Shown: positions 48,981 through 59,367, counted from the stretch's first letter. The stretch is 64,000 nt of DNA from Bacteroidota bacterium (GCA_050011775.1 JBEKIL010000012.1:9941-73940), one strand, 5' to 3'. Numbers and translations are program-made. The notes: generated by a model not told the origin, from the letters alone.

Positions 48981-49565
48981 ATGCAGAAAATAAGCAGAAA
49001 AGACATACTGGATATTCTCGAGTACGAAAAAATACGGCCTGAAATCAGAAAAAAAATCATCGATTTGAAAAAACGCCGCCGTGTCGCCGTGGGACCAAAG
49101 GTTACCATGATGTTTGAAAATAAAGAAACAGTGAAATTTCAAATTCAGGAAATGCTTCGCATTGAACGAATCGTCGATGAAGAGTTCATTAAACAAGAAA
49201 TAGAAACATACAACGCTCTCATACCTAATGACAATGAGCTTAGTGCTTCATTGTTTATAGAAATCACGGAAAAAGAAAAGATAAAACCTGAATTGGATAA
49301 GCTTCTGGGACTTGAGAAGAACTCCGTATTTCTAAAGATCGGACGTCATCTGATCTCCGGGTACTTTGATGAAGCGCAATTCTCAGATTCCCGAATTAGT
49401 GCGGTGCAGTATATTCGATTTCCCTTCACTCCACAGCAAATTCACGAGATGAGTAATTTTAATGAACCTACATCGGTCGTTATCAATCACCCGACGTATA
49501 AATATGACGCCGAGATACCGCTGGCTGTTCGTACCTCGATTATTGATGATTTTGGAGTAGAATAA
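48981..49565 (+). CDS. hypothetical protein (DUF3501-like, commonly linked to HdrD-like/rubrerythrin genes)
   Basis: 194-aa ORF translationally coupled to the upstream Fe-S gene; family assignment from memory only. Confidence 0.35.
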   Translation: MQKISRKDILDILEYEKIRPEIRKKIIDLKKRRRVAVGPKVTMMFENKETVKFQIQEMLRIERIVDEEFIKQEIETYNALIPNDNELSASLFIEITEKEKIKPELDKLLGLEKNSVFLKIGRHLISGYFDEAQFSDSRISAVQYIRFPFTPQQIHEMSNFNEPTSVVINHPTYKYDAEIPLAVRTSIIDDFGVE

Positions 49566-49972
49566 TGATTTATCTCACACGACGTGCTTTTTTTTGTGCC
49601 GGACACCGGCTTCATAATCCGGCATTCAGCGATGAAGAAAATGCCCGTGTTTTCGGTCAGTGTAATAATCCGAATTTTCATGGACACAATTACACGATGG
49701 AAGTTACAATCGCTGGAGAACCCGATCCTCAAACAGGGATGGTGATGGATCTCAAAGATTTGAAAACTCTGATCGATCGGGAAATTATCGATCTGGTCGA
49801 TCATAAGAACCTTAATCTCGATGTCGGTTTTCTCAATGGGATTATCCCATCAGCCGAAAATATCGCACGCGCCTTCTGGAAAATACTTGAACCAAAAATC
49901 AAAAAAGGAAAACTCACCAGTATCCGTTTGCTGGAATCGGAAAATAATATCATAGAATACCGGGGTACATAA
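49565..49972 (+). CDS. 6-pyruvoyl-tetrahydropterin synthase / 6-carboxytetrahydropterin synthase (PTPS/QueD family)
   Basis: CxxxHGH zinc-binding motif (CAGHRLHN ... NFHGHNY); 135 aa. Confidence 0.8.
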   Translation: MIYLTRRAFFCAGHRLHNPAFSDEENARVFGQCNNPNFHGHNYTMEVTIAGEPDPQTGMVMDLKDLKTLIDREIIDLVDHKNLNLDVGFLNGIIPSAENIARAFWKILEPKIKKGKLTSIRLLESENNIIEYRGT

Positions 49973-49975
49973 CCC

Positions 49976-50557
49976 ATGACAACCGAACATTCGAAAGCGG
50001 GATTCGAAAAAGCCATCGAACAGCTTCTTGTGCACATCGGCGAAGATCCTGGCCGTGAAGGGCTCCTTCGTACACCGCATCGCGTGGCAAAAGCATATCA
50101 ATTTCTTACATCTGGGTATTCCCAGGATATCAATGCAATACTCAGCAAGGCGATATTCAGGGAAAAATATAATGAGATGGTGATTGTGAAAGACATTGAT
50201 TTTTTCAGTCTCTGTGAGCATCATCTTCTCCCGTTTTTCGGGAAGGTGCATATTGCCTATATCCCTAAGGGCAAAATTGTCGGACTGAGCAAGCTTCCCC
50301 GGATTGTCGAAGTCTTTGCCAGGCGGCTTCAGGTACAGGAGCGAATGACGCAACAGATCGCCGAGACTCTGTACACTGCCCTGAAGCCAGCCGGCGTGGC
50401 AGTGGTGATTGAAGCCCGGCATTTGTGTATGATGATGAGGGGCGTCGAAAAGCAAAACTCCATTGCAACGACAAGTGCAATGCTTGGAGAATTCCACGAA
50501 GACAATAAAACGAGGGCAGAGTTCCTCAATCTCATAAAGAATTCCTTAATGCAATGA
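49976..50557 (+). CDS. folE: GTP cyclohydrolase I
   Basis: [16 protein letters not shown] and ARRLQVQER motifs. Confidence 0.9.
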   Translation: MTTEHSKAGFEKAIEQLLVHIGEDPGREGLLRTPHRVAKAYQFLTSGYSQDINAILSKAIFREKYNEMVIVKDIDFFSLCEHHLLPFFGKVHIAYIPKGKIVGLSKLPRIVEVFARRLQVQERMTQQIAETLYTALKPAGVAVVIEARHLCMMMRGVEKQNSIATTSAMLGEFHEDNKTRAEFLNLIKNSLMQ

Positions 50558-51264
50558 GTACTCCCGTTGTATGGATTACCGGGGCAAGTCGGGGGATAGG
50601 ACGTGCTACCGCTATTAATTTTGCACGGGATGGTGCGATTGTAGCTCTCACCGCTCGTTCCCACACAGATCTCGACATACTTCAAAAAGAACTTACACTG
50701 AAAGGCTTCCGTGCCGTTGCGGTTCCATGTGATATGACAAGTGCCACCGGGATAAATTCGGCGCATGCATACATCGTTGAGGAAATCGGAACGATCGACG
50801 TTCTTGTTAATAATGCAGGTATATCCGCGTTCAAATCATTCATCGATACATCGATCGAGGAATTTGATGCGATTCTCAATACAAATTTTCGTGGTGCGGT
50901 TATAGCGACTAAGGCAGTACTTCCTTCAATGATCGAGCAGAAAAAAGGACATATCTTTAATATTATTTCGATTACTGCCCGCAAGCTCTTTATCAATTCA
51001 GCTGCCTATGCTGCTTCAAAGGCTTCTCTAGCGACTGCAATGGATGTCCTCCGGGAGGAGGTGCGGGGAGCAGGCATTAAAGTAGTCAACATCATACCGG
51101 GTGCAACAGATACCGCAATATGGCCGCAGAAAGTTCGTGAGAAATACAGGGATAAAATGTTGCAGCCCCAAATCGTTGCCGATACGATCCTTACGATCTA
51201 TCATCAGTCCCCGGAAGTGAGCGTGGAAGAAATCATCATTCGCCCTCCCGGGGGAGATTTATGA
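50554..51264 (+). CDS. short-chain dehydrogenase/reductase (SDR); by context a candidate sepiapterin/pteridine reductase
   Basis: [10 protein letters not shown] Rossmann motif, NNAG, YxxxK (YAASK). Confidence 0.75.
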   Translation: MSTPVVWITGASRGIGRATAINFARDGAIVALTARSHTDLDILQKELTLKGFRAVAVPCDMTSATGINSAHAYIVEEIGTIDVLVNNAGISAFKSFIDTSIEEFDAILNTNFRGAVIATKAVLPSMIEQKKGHIFNIISITARKLFINSAAYAASKASLATAMDVLREEVRGAGIKVVNIIPGATDTAIWPQKVREKYRDKMLQPQIVADTILTIYHQSPEVSVEEIIIRPPGGDL

Positions 51265-51293
51265 AACGATGAATCCGCGCATCTGTCGATCAT

Positions 51294-52292
51294 ATGGAAA
51301 TCTTCGATATCACGATCATTGGTGCCGGCCCGGTAGGACTTTTTTCTGCCTATTATGCCGGCCTGCGTGGGATGAAAATAAAACTCATTGATACGTTCCT
51401 GGAACTCGGTGGCCAATTAACAGCCCTTTATCCTGAAAAATATATTTATGATGTGGCGGGTTTCCCCAAAATCCTCGCACGTGATCTTGCTGCCAATCTT
51501 ATCGAGCAGGCAATGCAGTATCATCCGACACTCTGTCTCAATGAGCACGTTATCAGCGTCAGAAAGGTCGATAAAGGGGGAAATTCCGTTTTTCATCTAA
51601 CGACGGACCGGCAAAGCGATCATTGGACTCGATCTCTACTTATTACAGCTGGTGTCGGCTCTTTTGCCCCGAAGAAGCTTGAGCTTCCCGAAGCAGCGCA
51701 TTATGAGGGTAAAGGAATCCTCTACTTTATACATGATATCCATCTTCTTGAGGGGAAAAAACTCCTCATTGTTGGAGGAGGAGACAGTGCTATTGATTGG
51801 GCATTGAATCTTATTGATAGAGTGGAATCCATGACTTTAATCCACCGGCGAGACCAATTTCGTGCCCACGACGATAATGTGAAAAAACTTTATTCATCTC
51901 GTGTAGCTGTAAAGACTTTTTCCGAAATACGGCATATATACGGGGGTGAGCATATCGAAAGAGCGACGATCATCAATACAAAAACAGGAGTGGAAGAAAC
52001 GCTGGATATCGATTTTATTCTCCCCAACTTTGGTTTTATCGTAAATATCGGCCCGTTGAAGGATTGGGGGCTTGAAATGGAGCGAAATGATATTAAGGTC
52101 AATCGTACTATGGAAACAAATATTCCCGGGATATTCGCTGCTGGAGATATAGCGACGTATGCCGGAAAACTCAAGTTGATTGCGACAGGTTTTGGTGAGG
52201 GTGTAATTGCCGTCAACAGCGCAAAAGTATCAATCGACCCTCGTGCAAAATATTTTCCAGGACACAGCAGTGCTAAAAAACATCCGCTATGA
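51294..52292 (+). CDS. thioredoxin-reductase-like FAD/NAD(P) oxidoreductase, probably ferredoxin--NADP+ reductase type 2
   Basis: GAGPVG and GGGDSA dinucleotide motifs and no CxxC redox dithiol, as in the TrxR-like FNRs of Chlorobium/Bacillus. Confidence 0.65.
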   Translation: MEIFDITIIGAGPVGLFSAYYAGLRGMKIKLIDTFLELGGQLTALYPEKYIYDVAGFPKILARDLAANLIEQAMQYHPTLCLNEHVISVRKVDKGGNSVFHLTTDRQSDHWTRSLLITAGVGSFAPKKLELPEAAHYEGKGILYFIHDIHLLEGKKLLIVGGGDSAIDWALNLIDRVESMTLIHRRDQFRAHDDNVKKLYSSRVAVKTFSEIRHIYGGEHIERATIINTKTGVEETLDIDFILPNFGFIVNIGPLKDWGLEMERNDIKVNRTMETNIPGIFAAGDIATYAGKLKLIATGFGEGVIAVNSAKVSIDPRAKYFPGHSSAKKHPL

Positions 52293-52388
52293 TGAGGGAT
52301 CGCATTATGATTCTAAATCTATCCATAACATTCATACGGTGAAACGATCCGGATAGGAGCTTTTATACTCTTCCGGCAACGAAAAAAA

Positions 52389-52421
52389 GTGACCCGCATA
52401 CACAAGGTCACTTCCCCAAAA
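52389..52421 (-). terminator. minus-strand intrinsic terminator for the LTXXQ gene (AGTGACC...GGTCACT hairpin followed by T7 on the bottom strand)
   Basis: inverted repeat with an A7 run on the top strand immediately 5' of it. Confidence 0.6.
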
Positions 52422-52455
52422 CTTGCACCAGCTTACAAATTACTTTTCAGAATTT

Positions 52456-53163
52456 TCACCATCCGTTTTCCATTGGATCCTCTGGATCCCCCAATAGATC
52501 ATCATTATTTTCTATGGTACCCGGGGGATTGTCCATTGTATACTCATCATCTTCAAGTATACTCATAGGATTCCCGATCATATCCTCACGATTATCTAAC
52601 GAACCCTGAGGATTCCCCATCTCATCCCTGTGATTCATCCTCAACTCCCGACGCTGTCTGATCATCCCTCGATGATTACCTCTTATATTACCGCCATGGA
52701 GCCACATTCCACGAATCTCACTTTTCATAATCTTGCGTTGTTCGGGTGTGAGCATCTTCTTCACGTTAAGCCAATGATTGATCCTCAACATTTTTTGTTC
52801 TGTCTGCAGTTGTCCAATTTCGTTCAGCTTCTTTTCGATTACAGCTTCGTTCGGCTCGTCCGCTTTGAGAAGTTCGCGAAGATCAATTCTTGCGAGTTGA
52901 ATCTTGCATCGAAGTTGAACGGCATTTCTCTTCATGCTGGTTCGCATTTCATCGAGCTGTTTTTTCTGCGCGTCGGTAAGGTTCAGTTTAGCTCCGATTT
53001 TTTCGCGTGTTGCCTGTTCTTGCTTTTGCCGGGGTGCAGCCGGTTGCGCCTGGAGCGTCAGTGTTCCAATAAGAACAAGACTAACAGTAAGGAGCGCGTA
53101 TACGATTTTCCTCATGATATATATCCTTCCATTTATGACACGATAAGTATTTAATTTTTTCAT
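52456..53163 (-). CDS. periplasmic LTXXQ-motif protein (Spy/CpxP/ZraP family) with a repetitive acidic C-terminus
   Basis: signal peptide, LTDAQKKQL and LTPEQRKIM motifs. Confidence 0.55.
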   Translation of the reverse strand: MKKLNTYRVINGRIYIMRKIVYALLTVSLVLIGTLTLQAQPAAPRQKQEQATREKIGAKLNLTDAQKKQLDEMRTSMKRNAVQLRCKIQLARIDLRELLKADEPNEAVIEKKLNEIGQLQTEQKMLRINHWLNVKKMLTPEQRKIMKSEIRGMWLHGGNIRGNHRGMIRQRRELRMNHRDEMGNPQGSLDNREDMIGNPMSILEDDEYTMDNPPGTIENNDDLLGDPEDPMENGW

Positions 53164-53267
53164 CCTTTTGATGCATATTGTTGTAACAAAGTTTAATTGT
53201 CGAGAGTCTTGAAAATGGGAATAAGAGTGCGTATATTACAGATAAATCAAAGGAATTCTAGCTTTTC

Positions 53268-56096
53268 ATGAATCCCGGCCCAGGTTACTATAATCCCAAT
53301 CGGCGTCTTCCTGTTATCATCATTGTTTCTGTTATCATTGTGGTCACCGGCGTGACAGGATGTTCGGTTTTTTCTCCGATTGGTGACTTCATCAGCCAGC
53401 GGTATGAAAATACCGTTGCATACTTTAACACATATTACAATGCATCAACGGCATTTAACGATGCAGAAAACGAAGTAATACAACAACAACAGACTCTTCG
53501 TGCGAAAGACCAGCCGATCAAATTGGGAGAAATATCATCGACTGCAAAGCAGAAATTTGATATAAGCATTGAGAAACTATCGCGATTGCTCACCTTCTAT
53601 CCAACAAGTAAATGGGTCGATCGATCTCTCGTCATGATCGGGAAAGCATATTACTATGAAGGTAATATTGTTCGTGCAGAGCATAAATTTCGTGAGTTGA
53701 TTACTACAATACCATCGAGTGATTATGTGAATACGGCGAAGCTCTGGTTAGGACGTACACTGGATGCAGCGAATAAATTCCAGAATGCTCAAAAAGAACT
53801 TGTGGACCTAATTCCCCGTGCGTATGAAAATGGAGAAAGAAATATCGGAGGAGAAGCCGGACTGCTTCTCGGTCAGATATGCCTCAAGCTTGATGACAGC
53901 AGCGGGGCATTATCGGCTTTTCAGACAGTGATAGATCAATCGCACGATGACGCTCTAAAAGCTCAGGCTCAACTCTCCATCGCCGAGATCCTTGCCGAAA
54001 ACGGTGAAAAGGAAGATGTCTTTAAGGCTTTCGCCAGGGTACGTGATTTCAATGCAGAGCTTGTGACCGAATATAAGGCACGCTTAAGGTTTGCACAATA
54101 TATGGTAAAAATTGGTCGATACGATGATGCGATATCCGAGTTGCAGTTTCTTCTCGACCATCCTGATTACAGCGAATACACTGCGCAAATAAAATATTCA
54201 CAGGCATATGCATTCCATAAAAAAGGGGATATCACAGAAGCTTGGGAGCGGTATGTAGAAATCGATTCGCTCTATTCTCGCAGCGATGTAGCAGCACAAA
54301 GTTACTTCCAACGGGGGTTGATACAACAAAAAGATTCGGGAAACTATCGGACGGCAATGGCGATGTTTGAAAAGGCGCGTACTGAATATCCGCAATCTCC
54401 AATCACACAAAAGGCAACTGTATATGCCGAGAGTATGAAGCAGTATGTCCAGCTCCGAGCCAGGATTGCTCGCTGCGACTCGCTTCTGAGACATTATTCG
54501 GAAAAACCTGATAGCACACACAAAGATACTGTGGCCGTAGACACTGCCAAAAATAAGAATAAGACAATAAAAGAGTTTGAAAATCCGGAGACAGCAATAG
54601 ATTCTTTGAAGATAAAAACAGTCAAAGCCGCTGAGATGACCGCTGTCGAGGAAAACAAGAATACGAAAGAAACGGACAGTACTAATGTATTGAAAGACTC
54701 AATTGTTGTGAAAAAAGATACGACCAAAATAACGACAAAGGCGTTAGAAAATCCGGAGACAGCAGTGGATTCTTTGAAGATAAAAACAATTAAAGCAGCA
54801 GGAATGGCTGCTGTCGGGGAGATCAGAAATACGAAAGAAACGGACAGTTCTCATGCATTGATAGATTCAACTTTAATTAAAAAAGATACGACCAGGACAA
54901 CAACTAAAATATTAAAAGGTCCGGAGTCAGTAGTAGATTCTTTGAAGATGAAGACAGCCAAAGCAGCAGGGCTGGCCGCCGTCCGGGGAATCAGGAATAC
55001 GAAAGAAATGGACAGTACACGTGTATTAAGAGATTCAATTGTAGTGAAAAAAGATACAACCAAGACAACAAAGGCAGCTGTCCAGGATTCCATAAAGGTA
55101 CTTGGTGACAGGGTTGCAGCACTGTACGAGCTTGGATCATTGCTCTATTTACAGCTTGACGAACCCGATTCGGCAATGCAGATTTTAAAGGATGTAATAA
55201 GTAAGTCTCCGCCGGATGATATCGCTGCGGGTTCTCTCTTTACCATCGGGCAAATCTATCTCACAGCATTCAAGAATCGCAAACAGACGGCAGATTCACT
55301 CTCGGACAGTATTCTTGTGAAATATCCGACATCAAAATACGCGCAGGAAATTCGGCGTCAGCGCGGGCTGCCGCTCCTTGAGATATCCGCGGAAGAAGAA
55401 CCTCATACACTTTTTCTGGAAGCAGAAAAATCCCTGATTAAAAATGATAGTGAAACTACATTACATCTGTACAAGAAAATTATCGAGAAGCATCCTAAAA
55501 GCGAAGAGGCATTAAAAGCCCGGTATGCCATCGGATGGTTTTATGAAAACACCTACAAGAATATCGACAGCGCTATCACATGGTATAGTACTCTGGTAAA
55601 AGATTTTCCTACATCGGCATATGCGGCGAAAATTAAGGGAAAAATTGATGAAGTTGAGGCGGCGAAAAAGAAGCAGGATACAACCGCTGCGACTCAGAAA
55701 CGATCGCAAGTAACAACTCCATCGCAAGCACCTGCGCAAACACATGCACAGGGTGATACTGCTCGAACAACCGTCAAAGATACACTCGCACGGCGTCAGG
55801 CTGTTCCGAAACAGATTGACTCGGTAACAACTGCAACTAAAGATTCACTGTTAAAACGTCCGGCGATACGCCGGCAGTTCGATGGTGATGAAGATCAGCT
55901 CAATCGTCCTGGGGAAAAAAAGGGACAACTCAATGTGCTTTCAAAGCCGACAGGGAATATTAACATTGAAAAAGACACGAATAAAACTGTCCTTCCTGAT
56001 TCACTTTTGAAAAAAGTATCAAAAACTATCGATGAAGAGATTAAATTCAATCAGTCAAAAAAGGATAGTATACAACCAGATACATTAAAACATTAG
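53268..56096 (+). CDS. large TPR-repeat lipoprotein with an internal 3x tandem 57-aa repeat and a Ser/Thr/Gln-rich C-terminal tail
   Basis: lipobox VTGC, multiple TPR-like helices, repeats at 54580-55090. Confidence 0.55.
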   Translation: MNPGPGYYNPNRRLPVIIIVSVIIVVTGVTGCSVFSPIGDFISQRYENTVAYFNTYYNASTAFNDAENEVIQQQQTLRAKDQPIKLGEISSTAKQKFDISIEKLSRLLTFYPTSKWVDRSLVMIGKAYYYEGNIVRAEHKFRELITTIPSSDYVNTAKLWLGRTLDAANKFQNAQKELVDLIPRAYENGERNIGGEAGLLLGQICLKLDDSSGALSAFQTVIDQSHDDALKAQAQLSIAEILAENGEKEDVFKAFARVRDFNAELVTEYKARLRFAQYMVKIGRYDDAISELQFLLDHPDYSEYTAQIKYSQAYAFHKKGDITEAWERYVEIDSLYSRSDVAAQSYFQRGLIQQKDSGNYRTAMAMFEKARTEYPQSPITQKATVYAESMKQYVQLRARIARCDSLLRHYSEKPDSTHKDTVAVDTAKNKNKTIKEFENPETAIDSLKIKTVKAAEMTAVEENKNTKETDSTNVLKDSIVVKKDTTKITTKALENPETAVDSLKIKTIKAAGMAAVGEIRNTKETDSSHALIDSTLIKKDTTRTTTKILKGPESVVDSLKMKTAKAAGLAAVRGIRNTKEMDSTRVLRDSIVVKKDTTKTTKAAVQDSIKVLGDRVAALYELGSLLYLQLDEPDSAMQILKDVISKSPPDDIAAGSLFTIGQIYLTAFKNRKQTADSLSDSILVKYPTSKYAQEIRRQRGLPLLEISAEEEPHTLFLEAEKSLIKNDSETTLHLYKKIIEKHPKSEEALKARYAIGWFYENTYKNIDSAITWYSTLVKDFPTSAYAAKIKGKIDEVEAAKKKQDTTAATQKRSQVTTPSQAPAQTHAQGDTARTTVKDTLARRQAVPKQIDSVTTATKDSLLKRPAIRRQFDGDEDQLNRPGEKKGQLNVLSKPTGNINIEKDTNKTVLPDSLLKKVSKTIDEEIKFNQSKKDSIQPDTLKH
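54580..55090 (+). repeat. intragenic tandem repeat, ~171-bp period x3 (ENPETA(I/V)DSLKIKT(V/I)KAA...KKDTTK units)
   Basis: repeat starts at 54580, 54750, 54920 read directly from the sequence. Confidence 0.75.
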
Positions 56097-56111
56097 AAGA
56101 CTGTTCAATCC

Positions 56112-56894
56112 ATGACACCATCTTCAAAGCGGGTAGACGAGACGGTCACCATTACTTCGCTCGTTAGTGTGGCAAAAGACACATTTATCCTATCATTCGA
56201 TTCAGCGAGTATTGCTTCGACAGCACGACCGGGACAATTTGTGAATATCAAAGTTGATAACTCAACTTCACCGTTGCTGCGTCGTCCGTTTTCTATTTCT
56301 CGTGTCGATGGAGACCGAATAGAAATCCTCTTCCAAAAAATTGGTCTTGCAACAAATGTAATGGCATGCAAGCGTCCGGGTGAAACGCTTGATATTCTTG
56401 GTCCGCTCGGGAATGCATTTCATTATGATATACTTGACGATACGGCAATTCTTGTAGCTGGGGGAGTTGGAATTGCACCGATGCCTTTTTTGACGCAGTA
56501 CCTCGGTAAAAGCGGAAAGAAGATTCGAACCTTTCTTGGTGCCCGGTCAAAAGAATATCTTGTCACTGCTCATCTTCAGAATTTAGTCATTGCAACCGAT
56601 GATGGAAGTCAAGGTTACCATGGAACCGTGATAGAACTTCTTCAAAAAGAATTGAAGAATGCGGTGAAAAAAGGGGTACAAATATTTGCCTGTGGTCCGA
56701 CTCCGATGCTGAGGGCCCTTTCGGAATTCGCTCAGGAAACCGGGATTCCGTGCGAGGCATCTCTTGAAGGAGAAATGGGATGCGGTGTCGGACTGTGTCA
56801 GGGTTGTCCTGTCGAAATGGTGAATGATGAAAAAAAATACCGGCTGGTGTGTCATGATGGAACCGTTTTCCCAATCACATCAATAAGACTTTAA
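56112..56894 (+). CDS. pyrK: dihydroorotate dehydrogenase electron-transfer subunit (FAD/[2Fe-2S])
   Basis: RPFSIS FAD-binding motif and C-terminal Cys cluster CGVGLCQGC. Confidence 0.8.
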   Translation: MTPSSKRVDETVTITSLVSVAKDTFILSFDSASIASTARPGQFVNIKVDNSTSPLLRRPFSISRVDGDRIEILFQKIGLATNVMACKRPGETLDILGPLGNAFHYDILDDTAILVAGGVGIAPMPFLTQYLGKSGKKIRTFLGARSKEYLVTAHLQNLVIATDDGSQGYHGTVIELLQKELKNAVKKGVQIFACGPTPMLRALSEFAQETGIPCEASLEGEMGCGVGLCQGCPVEMVNDEKKYRLVCHDGTVFPITSIRL

Positions 56895-56895
56895 T

Positions 56896-57840
56896 ATGGT
56901 ACGTACTGCTGTGACAATTGCAGGAGTAGAATTCAAGAATCGTATCCTTGTCGCCTCGGGAACATTCGGTTATGGGGATGAAGTGTGTGATCTTGTCGAT
57001 ATTAATGCTCTCGGCGGAATTGTCACGAAATCGCTATCACTGAAACCGAGAGATGGAAATCCACCGCCCCGGATCGCAGAAACGCCGAGTGGAATGCTCA
57101 ACTCGATTGGTCTGGCCAATATTGGTGTCCGGCGGTTCATATCGGAAAAACTTCCATTCCTCCAGAAACTCACAACGAAGATTATCGTAAATATCGCCGC
57201 GAGTTCTATCGATGAGTACTGCGCCGTTCTCGATATCCTCGAGCATGAACAGGGGATTGCAGGATATGAAATTAATGTGTCATGCCCCAATGTGCGCGAA
57301 GGAGGGATGAATTTTGGCATTCGATGCGAGATGACCGCCGAGATTACACGACGGCTTCGTCCGCTCACTAAGAGACTCATAATCGTCAAACTCACACCAA
57401 ATGTTACTCATATTTCAGAATTCGCACGTGCCTGTGAAGCAGAAGGGGCCGACGCGCTGTCGGTCATCAATACGCTTGTCGGAATGAGCGTAAATATCTA
57501 TACGCGTGAGCCGAGAATCTCGTCAGTTACTGGCGGACTCTCAGGGCCTGCCATTAGACCTATCGCGCTGGCAAAAGTATACGAGTGTGCCAAATCGGTG
57601 AAAATCCCGATCATCGGTATTGGAGGAATTTCAAACTGGAAAGATGCCGTCGAATTTCTCCTCGTCGGTGCAAGTGCGGTTCAGATCGGTACAGCGAACT
57701 TCATCGATCCTGCCACGGCCATCCATATCGCTCTGGGAATCGAAAACTTCTGTCGTGACCAGGGAATTGCCGATGTCGGAGATCTTGTCGGTAGAATGAA
57801 AAGTGGAAAGGAAGTTTCGATCGTTCAAAGCTGGTTGTAA
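56896..57840 (+). CDS. pyrD: dihydroorotate dehydrogenase, class 1B catalytic subunit
   Basis: NPPPR, LNSIGL and SCPN motifs; 314 aa. Confidence 0.9.
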   Translation: MVRTAVTIAGVEFKNRILVASGTFGYGDEVCDLVDINALGGIVTKSLSLKPRDGNPPPRIAETPSGMLNSIGLANIGVRRFISEKLPFLQKLTTKIIVNIAASSIDEYCAVLDILEHEQGIAGYEINVSCPNVREGGMNFGIRCEMTAEITRRLRPLTKRLIIVKLTPNVTHISEFARACEAEGADALSVINTLVGMSVNIYTREPRISSVTGGLSGPAIRPIALAKVYECAKSVKIPIIGIGGISNWKDAVEFLLVGASAVQIGTANFIDPATAIHIALGIENFCRDQGIADVGDLVGRMKSGKEVSIVQSWL

Positions 57841-59153
57841 TGATTCCATCCGTACGCAACTCATCTCGCTTGGCAGAGACACTTAGGTATCTCTACACTC
57901 TTCAGAAGTCCGGAATGAAATTCGGACTTCAGAATATCGCTCTGCTTCTTGCGGGCGTAGGAAATCCCCATCATAATTTTTCTTCCGTTCATATCGCCGG
58001 GACGAACGGAAAGGGTTCGACTGCCTCAATGCTCAGCGCCATCATGACCGCTGCGGGCTACCGCACCGGGTTGTATACTTCACCTCACATGCTTTCATTC
58101 TCCGAACGCATTCGTATTAATGGTATACCAATTCCTGAACAGCGAATTGCCGGATACACCGATTTCCTTCGCCCGATGATCCAAAAAATCCATGCAACAT
58201 TTTTCGAGGCGACCACAGCAATCGCATTTATGTATTTTGCCGAAGAGGATGTCGATATCGCAATCGTCGAAGTCGGACTGGGAGGACGTCTCGATTCAAC
58301 AAATATTCTCACCCCGCTTCTGTCTATAATCACAACGATCGATTATGACCACATGGAATACCTCGGGAATACATTATCTGCAATAGCAAAAGAAAAAGCC
58401 GGCATCATTAAGTTCTCGACACCGTGTCTGACTGCCGAAACAAAAGATAGCGTTCTCTCTGTACTTGCACGCACGGCCCGTCAGCGGGGAGCTCCTATGC
58501 TGGTTGTGCGAGAACTCACCGATGCCACCATGATATCGGGCGGTCTTGAAAGAAATACTCTTTCACTCGAAACACCACTTCATTCTTATCGTCATTTGAC
58601 CGTAGAATTATCTGGAATTCACCAGGTGACCAATGCAGCCACCGCCGTTCTTGCAGCCGAATATCTATCAAAATTTTATACGATCACTAAAAAAGCAATT
58701 CGGAAAGGCCTCAGGTATACCTGTCGATTCAGCGGACTCCGAGGTCGTCTTCAAATTCTGAGACGCCGGCCTCTTACAATAGTTGATGTTGCGCATAACC
58801 CACAGGGAATACGAAGTACGGTGGATTCCCTGATGATGTATGGATATCAGCATTGTATAGTCGTTTTCGGTGTCATGTCGGACAAAAATGTAAAGGAAAT
58901 GTTGAAGCATCTCAGGCCCATTACAAGGCTTCTCGTGGCGGCTCGACCGAAGATCGAACGGGCTATGATAGTAGAAAAAATCATTGCAGAGGCTGAAGCG
59001 GCGGGAATTCGGGCTCTCCCGGCTGGAACTACTGAAAAAGCCATTTTAAAGGCAATCAGACTGGCACGAAAGCACCATTGTCCTGTATTGGTGATCGGTT
59101 CTCATTACCTGGCAGGAGAGGTATTTCAAAAAATTCATTCTTATAAAACTTGA
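57840..59153 (+). CDS. folC: bifunctional folylpolyglutamate synthase / dihydrofolate synthase
   Basis: HIAGTNGKGST P-loop and Mur-ligase architecture. Confidence 0.85.
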   Translation: MIPSVRNSSRLAETLRYLYTLQKSGMKFGLQNIALLLAGVGNPHHNFSSVHIAGTNGKGSTASMLSAIMTAAGYRTGLYTSPHMLSFSERIRINGIPIPEQRIAGYTDFLRPMIQKIHATFFEATTAIAFMYFAEEDVDIAIVEVGLGGRLDSTNILTPLLSIITTIDYDHMEYLGNTLSAIAKEKAGIIKFSTPCLTAETKDSVLSVLARTARQRGAPMLVVRELTDATMISGGLERNTLSLETPLHSYRHLTVELSGIHQVTNAATAVLAAEYLSKFYTITKKAIRKGLRYTCRFSGLRGRLQILRRRPLTIVDVAHNPQGIRSTVDSLMMYGYQHCIVVFGVMSDKNVKEMLKHLRPITRLLVAARPKIERAMIVEKIIAEAEAAGIRALPAGTTEKAILKAIRLARKHHCPVLVIGSHYLAGEVFQKIHSYKT

Positions 59154-59367
59154 CAATGTATTGTAGAACTCATATATTTACAACGGGTAAGAAAATGGGC
59201 AGGCAGGTGTGCTGCTTAAAAAGTCACTTTGTTACCACCTCTGAAGTACTCATCAATATACAATTCACGGATCCGACCCAATATTTTCTAATAGTATAAT
59301 CGATGTGGATATGTTGATGCGAACGGGATTGTACGAGGATCATTTCTAATAAAAAGGAAGTACAATT

